Source: Desulfobulbus propionicus DSM 2032
Lineage (GTDB): Bacteria > Desulfobacterota > Desulfobulbia > Desulfobulbales > Desulfobulbaceae
Direction: 5' to 3'
NCBI RefSeq assembly: GCF_000186885.1
Contig: NC_014972.1
Coordinates: 3,390,001 to 3,422,000 of the forward strand
DNA length: 32,000 nt
The notes beneath the pieces are model-generated. The model was not told the DNA's origin. It saw only the letters and a program-made list of their open reading frames with translations, and did not search any database. The translations under genes were made by a program, and so were the position numbers. Below are positions 26,220 through 32,000 of the stretch, piece after piece. Every line of letters begins with the position of its first letter. Position 1 is the stretch's first letter.

Positions 26220-26447
26220 ATGTCGGACGATCGCAGGGAGATGTTCAGGCAATTGGCTGTGTATAGCCAAGTAGGCATGACCTTTGTTTTTTCCATCCTG
26301 ATCGGTTTCGGTATGGGGTGGTTCCTGGACAATAAAGTATTTGGCGGTAACACCGCCCCTTATTTGACATTTATTTTTTTGGCCTTTGGTATTGCTGCCG
26401 GGTTTAAAAACCTCTGGGATCTCAACCGGAAAATACAAGATGAATAA
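26220..26447 (+). CDS. atpZ: AtpZ/AtpI-like small membrane protein of the F0F1 ATPase operon
   Basis: REMFRQLAVYSQVGMTFVFSILIGFGMGWFLDNKVFGGNTAPYLTFIFLAFGIAAGFKNLWDLNRK, two TM segments. Start chosen at MSDDRREM; upstream ATGs are possible. Confidence 0.8.
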   Translation: MSDDRREMFRQLAVYSQVGMTFVFSILIGFGMGWFLDNKVFGGNTAPYLTFIFLAFGIAAGFKNLWDLNRKIQDE

Positions 26448-26889
26448 CCGGGATCATACGATCAATAGCTCGCATACCGAAACCAGTTTACTGGTGGTGC
26501 GGCAGGTGATACTGTGCAGCGGCATTCTGCTGATGTTTCTGGTCGCCGGGAGCTGGTGGTTTTTCGGATGGATCTTCGCCCAATCGATATTGATCGGAGG
26601 GCTGCTGGTGAATGGCAGTTTCTGGCTGCTGAAGAAAGACGCCCAACGTCTGATGGAGCGCGTCAGCGCAGCTGACGGATCTTCCGGGGGTGGCGTCAAC
26701 ATGGAAAAAACGCGTTTTTTCCTGCGGGCATTTGCGCGGTTGATTGTTGTTGGTTTGCTGTTGTTCGTGTTGGCCTCAAAGGTTCCGATCGATGTGATCG
26801 GGCTGACGCTGGGGTTTGCCACGATTATGATCAGTGTTGTTATCATCGGCTTGAGCATTGGAAAGTGCTGGTTGCCGAGCAAAGTCTGA
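26440..26889 (+). CDS. atpI: ATP synthase subunit I-like membrane protein
   Basis: About 149 aa with multiple hydrophobic segments, positioned between atpZ and atpB. The ATG at 26440 overlaps the stop of atpZ. Confidence 0.75.
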   Translation: MNNRDHTINSSHTETSLLVVRQVILCSGILLMFLVAGSWWFFGWIFAQSILIGGLLVNGSFWLLKKDAQRLMERVSAADGSSGGGVNMEKTRFFLRAFARLIVVGLLLFVLASKVPIDVIGLTLGFATIMISVVIIGLSIGKCWLPSKV

Positions 26890-26903
26890 GGAGAGTGTAG
26901 GTC

Positions 26904-27626
26904 ATGGAACATCCGATATTGTTTATTTCTCTGATTCTTGAAGCATTGGGACTGCCGGTGCCCCATACCCCTGTCGGTGCTACTCTGCTGGAGAAGATTT
27001 GTGAGCCCTACATGACCTATACCTGGATGGTCATGGCCTTTTTGATCATCGTTCCCAAGCTGACCATGGGCAAACTGGAGATGGTCCCGGGGAGCGGCCA
27101 AAATTTCTGGGAAGTGATGGTCGGGGGACTAATGGACTTCTGCGCCGAGAATCTGGGCGAGAAAGGCGCCAAGATGCTTTTTCCGATGATGGCCACTTTC
27201 TTTTTCTACATCATCCTCTCCAACATGATCGGATTAATTCCTGGATTCATGTCGCCCACATCGAGCCTCAACATCACCTTGGCCATGACCTTGATCGTCT
27301 GGGTTACCCACCATGTGCTCGGATTCAAATATCACGGCTTGCACTATTACAAGCACTTCATGGGCCCGAGCAAGGTACTGGCGCCGTTCATGTTTCTTCT
27401 TGAGATTATCAGCAACTTCGCCCGTCTGATTTCACTCTCCATGCGTCTTTTCGGCAACATTCTTGCCAAAGAGGTTCTGCTGGGCGTGCTGTTCATGCTG
27501 GCAGGTGCATTTTTCGCCCCGCTGCCCATTCTTTGTCTCGGTGTCCTGGTTTCAGTCATCCAGGCCGTGGTGTTCGTTCTGCTTTCCCTGCTCTACTGCG
27601 CGGGATCCATGGAACACGCCCACTGA
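26904..27626 (+). CDS. atpB: F0F1 ATP synthase subunit a
   Basis: MMATFFFYIILSNMIGLIPGFMSPTSSLNITLAMTL and NFARLISLSMRLFGNILAKEVLLGVLFML with the conserved Arg region. Confidence 0.96.
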   Translation: MEHPILFISLILEALGLPVPHTPVGATLLEKICEPYMTYTWMVMAFLIIVPKLTMGKLEMVPGSGQNFWEVMVGGLMDFCAENLGEKGAKMLFPMMATFFFYIILSNMIGLIPGFMSPTSSLNITLAMTLIVWVTHHVLGFKYHGLHYYKHFMGPSKVLAPFMFLLEIISNFARLISLSMRLFGNILAKEVLLGVLFMLAGAFFAPLPILCLGVLVSVIQAVVFVLLSLLYCAGSMEHAH

Positions 27627-27701
27627 TTACATACATAGAGTTCCGTTCAACGGAGAAGAAGGCCAACATTATATAAAACTTTAGTACGGAGGATCACTAC
27701 A

Positions 27702-27962
27702 ATGGACAAATTAAGTCTTGCCCTGATTTGCATCGGCGCTGCACTCAGCATCGGCTTGGCCGGCTTTGGCGCTGGTATCGGTATGGGGAACGGTCTGCGC
27801 GGCGCTTGCGACGGCGTTGCTCGCAACCCGGAAGCCAAGGGTGCCATCACCACCACCATGATTCTTGGTATGGCTCTGTGCGAGTCCATCGCCATCTATG
27901 GTCTGGTTATCGCCTTCATCCTGCTTTACGCTAACCCCTTCAAGGCTGCGCTCGGACTGTAA
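27702..27962 (+). CDS. atpE: F0F1 ATP synthase subunit c
   Basis: 86-aa two-helix protein: GAGIGMGNGLRGACDGVARNPEAKGAITTTMILGMALCESIAIYGLVIAFILLYANPF. GGAGG RBS. Confidence 0.97.
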   Translation: MDKLSLALICIGAALSIGLAGFGAGIGMGNGLRGACDGVARNPEAKGAITTTMILGMALCESIAIYGLVIAFILLYANPFKAALGL

Positions 27963-27993
27963 TCGCGTTTCACACGGCAGAAATGGCCGATCA

Positions 27994-28026
27994 AGGGCTG
28001 CGGTGGTTGCCGCAGCCCTTTTTTGT
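27994..28026 (+). terminator. Intrinsic terminator after atpE
   Basis: Stem AAGGGCTGCGG / CCGCAGCCCTT with a 6-nt loop, followed by a T run. Confidence 0.9.
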
Positions 28027-28040
28027 TGGTATGAAGCAGC

Positions 28041-28760
28041 ATGCTTTCCTGCGTGATCAACCCATCTGCACACAAAGGCGACCCTCGCCTGCCCCCTACC
28101 GGTATCCTGGCGGTCAACCCATCGGACAGTTCCTGCTTGGCCGAATTCAGCAAACATTATCAACTTAGACAACATTTCCTTTTCAATTCGCGTCTGTACA
28201 GCAATGACTTCCTGTTTCTCGCGGGGCCCGCTGTTGGGGCGCCCATGGCGGCTCTCTGTCTGGAAAAACTGATCGCCCTAGGGGCGCGCAACATTGTAGT
28301 CTATGGGTGGTGCGGCTCCCTTTCCCCCTTCCTGGCCGCAGGGGACCTCTTCCTGCCAACCAGTGGTCTGAGCGAAGAAGGAACAAGTGGCCATTATCCT
28401 GTGCCGAAGGACAGGCAGGAAGACTCCTTGTTCCACCGCTCGCTCTTGCAACAACTGCAACACCACGGGCACAATCCCCAGCAAGGATCGATCTGGACCA
28501 TCGATGCAGTGTATCGCGAGACCAGAGAAAAGGTCGAGCGGTATGCCGCTCAGGGTATCCTTGCCGTGGACATGGAATATACCGCTCTTCGCACCGTGGC
28601 CGCCTTTCGCCAGGTCGATCTTGCGGCAGTGATGTTGGTCTCCGATGAGTTGTTCCATCATCCGTGGACCCCAAAATTTTCCCAGAAACGGTTTCGCACA
28701 GCATCAGCCACGATTCTGGCCGAACTCTGTACCCTTGTTCAATCCGGTGAGCTTCAATGA
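28041..28760 (+). CDS. Nucleoside phosphorylase-like protein (PNP/UDP/MTAN family)
   Basis: FLFLAGPAVGAPMAALCLEKLIALGARNIVVYGWCGSLSPFLAAGDLFLPTSGLSEEGTS and GILAVDMEYTALRTVAAFRQVDLAAVMLVSDEL match the phosphorylase superfamily pattern. Confidence 0.85.
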   Translation: MLSCVINPSAHKGDPRLPPTGILAVNPSDSSCLAEFSKHYQLRQHFLFNSRLYSNDFLFLAGPAVGAPMAALCLEKLIALGARNIVVYGWCGSLSPFLAAGDLFLPTSGLSEEGTSGHYPVPKDRQEDSLFHRSLLQQLQHHGHNPQQGSIWTIDAVYRETREKVERYAAQGILAVDMEYTALRTVAAFRQVDLAAVMLVSDELFHHPWTPKFSQKRFRTASATILAELCTLVQSGELQ

Positions 28761-30103
28761 AAACCTTGTATATCGTGAGTCTCGGTTGTCCCAAAAACCT
28801 CGTCGATTCGGAGGTCATGCTTGCCGCCCTGGAACAGTCGGGATATGCGGTGGTCGACGATCCCGATCAGGCATCGGTGTTGCTGATCAATACCTGTGGA
28901 TTTATCCGCCCGGCCGTTGAAGAGGCGATTGACACCATTTTCGAGCTGGCGGCCTATAAGGAGCAGAACCCGCACCAAAAGCTGGTGGTTACCGGGTGCA
29001 TGGTGCAACGTTACGGAAGCGAGTTGCTCAACGAACTGCCGGAAGTGGATCTGTTTGTCGGTCTCGATGATTTTCCGCGCATCGGCACCATGCTCGAGCA
29101 ATTGCCGCTCCGGCCGCAATGCATCGTCACGTCCGGACCGTCTACCTTTCTTATGAACAACACCCTACCCCGTCGGATTTCCACTCCTTTTTTCCGCGCC
29201 TATCTGAAGATCACCGAAGGATGCGACAACCGTTGCGCCTACTGCATGATTCCCTCGATCCGCGGTCGGCTGCGTAGTCGAGCCATGACCGACTTGCTGC
29301 TCGAAGCCACCCGTCTGCAACAGGCCGGAGTGCGGGAACTGGCGCTGATCGCCCAGGACCTTACCGCCTATGGCAGGGATCTGGGAAACGGCACATCCCT
29401 CGTTTCCCTGCTGGAGGCTCTGCTCACTCAAACCGACATCCCGTGGCTACGCCTCCTCTACGCCTATCCTTCAGGGATCACCGATGACTTATTGCACCTA
29501 ATGGCCGACCAGCCGCGTCTTCTGCCCTATCTGGATATCCCTTTTCAGCACGTCAGCACCCCTGTCCTCCGGGCAATGAACCGACACTACGATCACCGGG
29601 CATTGCAGGATCTGATTCTCCGCATTCGCCGCATCGTTCCCGACTGCGCGATCAGGACCACCATGCTCGTTGGCTTTCCTGGCGAGACCAGAGACGATGT
29701 GGACCTACTGCTGGAAGCCTTGCAGACCTGGCAGCTTGACCACGTCGGTGTGTTTCAGTATCAGGACGAAGAGGGGAGCCGCGCTGCGAAATTACCCGAC
29801 AAGATATCCGAAGAGAAAAAAGAGGCGCGCTATCAGCAGGTCATGGCCGTGCAAGCAACCATCAGTGCGCAACGGCAGCAACGTTTTGTCGGTCGGGTCG
29901 AACCGGTGCTGGTGGAGGGTATCAGCGAGGAAAGCGATTTGTTACTGGAAGGACGAAGCCGGTTTCAGGCCCCGGAAATTGATGGCTGTGTGTATATCAC
30001 CGCCGGGCATGTGACCCCCGGTGATATCGTACCGGTACGGATCACCGAGGCGCATACCTATGACCTTGTCGGCGAAGTGGTCAGCGGAGAGGACAGCCGC
30101 TGA
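28757..30103 (+). CDS. rimO: Ribosomal protein S12 methylthiotransferase RimO
   Basis: VSLGCPKNLVDSEVML, INTCGFI, VTGCMVQRYG, KITEGCDNRCAYCMIPSIRGRLRSR, MNRHYDH, MLVGFPGET and a TRAM-like C-terminus. Overlaps the preceding gene by 4 nt. Confidence 0.96.
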   Translation: MKTLYIVSLGCPKNLVDSEVMLAALEQSGYAVVDDPDQASVLLINTCGFIRPAVEEAIDTIFELAAYKEQNPHQKLVVTGCMVQRYGSELLNELPEVDLFVGLDDFPRIGTMLEQLPLRPQCIVTSGPSTFLMNNTLPRRISTPFFRAYLKITEGCDNRCAYCMIPSIRGRLRSRAMTDLLLEATRLQQAGVRELALIAQDLTAYGRDLGNGTSLVSLLEALLTQTDIPWLRLLYAYPSGITDDLLHLMADQPRLLPYLDIPFQHVSTPVLRAMNRHYDHRALQDLILRIRRIVPDCAIRTTMLVGFPGETRDDVDLLLEALQTWQLDHVGVFQYQDEEGSRAAKLPDKISEEKKEARYQQVMAVQATISAQRQQRFVGRVEPVLVEGISEESDLLLEGRSRFQAPEIDGCVYITAGHVTPGDIVPVRITEAHTYDLVGEVVSGEDSR

Positions 30104-30118
30104 CCGATGGGGCATGAC

Positions 30119-30406
30119 TCACTTGCCGCTATTCTTATTGACCTGTTCGCGCAGATCCTTGCCAACTTTAAAAAACGGCAATTTCTTTGGTTTTACTTTG
30201 ATTTTCTCGCCGGTCTTTGGATTGCGGCCGGTGTAGGATTCATACTCCTTGACGACAAAACTACCAAACCCTCGAATTTCAATCGATTCTCCCCTGGCGA
30301 GAGCGTCACTCATGGTTTCGATGATCGTGTTGGTTATTGAGGCGGCTTCTCGGATGGGAATGTTCATCGCTTCAGCCAAGGCTTCGATCAATTCGGATTT
30401 GTTCAT
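30119..30406 (-). CDS. ihfA: Integration host factor alpha-like DNA-binding protein (HU/IHF family)
   Basis: MNKSELIEALAEAMNIPIREAASITNTIIETMSDALARGESIEIRGFGSFVVKEYESYTGRNPKTGEKIKVKPKKLPFFKVGKDLR. Confidence 0.88.
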   Translation of the reverse strand: MNKSELIEALAEAMNIPIREAASITNTIIETMSDALARGESIEIRGFGSFVVKEYESYTGRNPKTGEKIKVKPKKLPFFKVGKDLREQVNKNSGK

Positions 30407-30492
30407 ACCAATCTCTCCTGCACGCTCCCCGACGGATTCACTGCAAAACGGTTATTCCTCATCTGAAAGATAGCGCACATCGGCCATCGTAT

Positions 30493-30524
30493 AAAAAAAA
30501 CTGATTTCAGGAGGCTGTTGAAAT
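30493..30524 (-). terminator. Possible weak intrinsic terminator after the rluB-like gene
   Basis: Minus strand: ATTTCA ... TGAAAT (6-bp stem) followed by an 8-T run. Confidence 0.4.
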
Positions 30525-31268
30525 TTAAGCAAGTATGTTTTTGATTGTAAAGGGAATTTTCCGTGTAAAAATCTTTTTTAAGTCATTTTGGTTCAGAACC
30601 CTGTATTTTCCGAGGGGAAGTGAGCCGAGGCGAAGGTTACCGTACGCCGTTCGCCTGAGATGAAGAACCCGGTGGTTGATGGCCTGAAACATTTTCCGCA
30701 CCTGCCGTTTCTTGCCCTCGTGGATAGTGATTTCCACCAAGGTCGTTCCTTTGTGCCGCCGAAGTAGGCGAACGACTGCCGGCCGGGTCATCACTCCATC
30801 GATTTCAATCCCCGACTCCAACCGCTTGAGTTTGTCGACCGAGGGCGAACCGCTCACCTCAGCCTCATAGGTCTTGTTGACCTCGTAGCGGGGATGGAGG
30901 ATGGCGTTGCCCAACTCCCCGTCATTGGTCATCAACAGCGCGCCTTCCGTATCCAGATCCAGACGGCCCACGGGAAAAAGCCGCAATGGAATGTCGGCAA
31001 GCAGATCGGAAACCATGGGGCGGCCCTGCGGGTCCGAAAGAGTGGTCACATATCCGGCCGGCTTGTTGAGCAGAACGTAAATCTTTTCCTCGAAGACAAG
31101 TGGATGACCGTCACAGGTGATGGTGTCGCGATTGGGATCGGCCTTGCTGCCCATGCCGGTGACCACGTGGCCGTTTATTCGAATCCGACCTTCGAGAATC
31201 AGCTGTTCGGCCTTACGCCGGGAGGCGATACCAGCCTTGGCGAGAATTTTCTGCAGCCGTTCTTCCAT
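30525..31268 (-). CDS. rluB: 23S rRNA pseudouridine synthase, RluB/RsuA family
   Basis: S4 domain ERLQKILAKAGIASRRKAEQLILEGRIRINGHVV; catalytic VGRLDLDTEGALLMTNDGELGNAILHPRYEVNKTYEAEV; EGKKRQVRKMFQAINHRVLHLRR. Confidence 0.92.
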   Translation of the reverse strand: MEERLQKILAKAGIASRRKAEQLILEGRIRINGHVVTGMGSKADPNRDTITCDGHPLVFEEKIYVLLNKPAGYVTTLSDPQGRPMVSDLLADIPLRLFPVGRLDLDTEGALLMTNDGELGNAILHPRYEVNKTYEAEVSGSPSVDKLKRLESGIEIDGVMTRPAVVRLLRRHKGTTLVEITIHEGKKRQVRKMFQAINHRVLHLRRTAYGNLRLGSLPLGKYRVLNQNDLKKIFTRKIPFTIKNILA

Positions 31269-31313
31269 GAATGCAACGAATCGAGGCGAGACCAGAGGAC
31301 GAATGGAGCAAGC

Positions 31314-32000
31314 CTAGCGGAAGCGGGAAGGCAGGATGGTGGCGATCTTATCGTCGACCAACCGCTGGGTTGCCGGATCCACGGCGAGCACCTCCGTGTA
31401 CCACGGCTTCATTCGGCAATCAAAGACAATCGGCGGCTGCAGGCCCACATGGAAGCGCCGGACCGTCTGCTCACGGCCATGAATATCTGCTGCCGGCTCG
31501 AAACGGGTGAAAAAGGTCCACAAGAATTCCTGCAGCGAACAGGTCGCCTCCTCGGTCGAATCGACCAGAACCACCACCGGCCAAGAGGACACCCCGGGAA
31601 ATCGGGCGATTTCATCGGCAAGATGGGGCGCGGCGGCGTACTCAATTCCCTGAACAACCAGGGTACCGGGAAGAAAGGCGCGGGGATGGCTGCATTGCGG
31701 TGGGAGGATGCCGGCAAATTCAACCGGCAAATCCCGCCGTTTTTCCTGTCCAAGCCCGAGCATCATGGCCTTGGAGCCTTTGTTGACCGATGGCCCGGTG
31801 TAGTCGAGGGTATCTTGGGAGACATTGGCAAAGACAAACAGATCGCGATCCCACTCGATCCGTTCCAGGATGTGCTGCCATAAACGGGGAAAATGCGCCA
31901 CATCGATGCTGCCGTCGGTCACGAGGAGAAACTTGGTGAGCGACAACTGGCCTTCGCCGAGAATACGCAAACCGGCGGCAAAGGCCTCTCGCGGATACCG
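31314..32000 (-). CDS. UbiD-family decarboxylase, C-terminal part (5' end beyond the window edge)
   Basis: LTKFLLVTDGSIDVAHFPRLWQHILERIEWDRDLFVFANVSQDTLDYTGP and GSKAMMLGLG resemble the UbiD C-terminal region. The frame stays open to base 32000. Confidence 0.7.
   Translation of the reverse strand, partial: RYPREAFAAGLRILGEGQLSLTKFLLVTDGSIDVAHFPRLWQHILERIEWDRDLFVFANVSQDTLDYTGPSVNKGSKAMMLGLGQEKRRDLPVEFAGILPPQCSHPRAFLPGTLVVQGIEYAAAPHLADEIARFPGVSSWPVVVLVDSTEEATCSLQEFLWTFFTRFEPAADIHGREQTVRRFHVGLQPPIVFDCRMKPWYTEVLAVDPATQRLVDDKIATILPSRFR

Noticed and set aside
30107-30340. 77-aa plus-strand ORF after rimO with a hydrophobic stretch
   Set aside because: Mostly antisense to the IHF-like gene. The hydrophobic segment mirrors the KVKPKKLPFFKV-type sequence and is not convincing as a gene.
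30894-31883. 329-aa plus-strand ORF antisense to the rluB-like and UbiD-like genes
   Set aside because: The minus-strand genes have clear family motifs; the plus-strand translation does not.
1-32000. Search for CRISPR arrays, tRNA/rRNA genes, IS elements, att-site repeats, or defence, toxin-antitoxin or prophage genes
   Set aside because: I saw no regularly spaced repeats, cloverleaf-type genes, transposase/integrase motifs or phage-like ORFs. The segment appears to be core genome, but small RNAs cannot be excluded by eye.

Overview
The window looks like a conserved chromosomal segment from a sulfate- or sulfur-metabolising bacterium of the Desulfobulbales/deltaproteobacterial type (taxonomy is inferred). 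From left to right it contains: the end of dnaG, rpoD, dprA, rpe and pgi; dsrA-dsrB-dsrD with a good sigma70-like promoter upstream; birA-like, YhdH/AcuI-like and kdsD-like genes; a large minus-strand membrane TPR protein; a DUF4388-type protein; a minus-strand group encoding a SecD-SecF fusion, a YkgJ-type cysteine cluster protein, an HD protein and a HAD protein; larB; an APH-like/AAA kinase pair; minus-strand trxA-trxB-bamD; hemL; atpZ-atpI-atpB-atpE; a nucleoside phosphorylase-like gene and rimO; ihfA-like and rluB-like genes; and a UbiD-family fragment at the right edge. I see no rRNA, tRNA, CRISPR array, prophage or transposon. The best novelty candidate is the 801-aa protein at 11673..14078 (-). 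Its N-terminus resembles a ubiquitin-conjugating (E2/UBC) fold but has Arg where the catalytic Cys would be, and it is joined to a TM segment and TPR-like repeats. Other points of interest are intrinsic terminators inside operons (dsrB/dsrD and trxA/trxB), an RpoD whose N-terminus appears to lack region 1.1 and whose region 4 has four cysteines, a natural SecDF fusion, and an APH/AAA protein split into two overlapping genes. All assignments come from reading motifs; no database search was possible.
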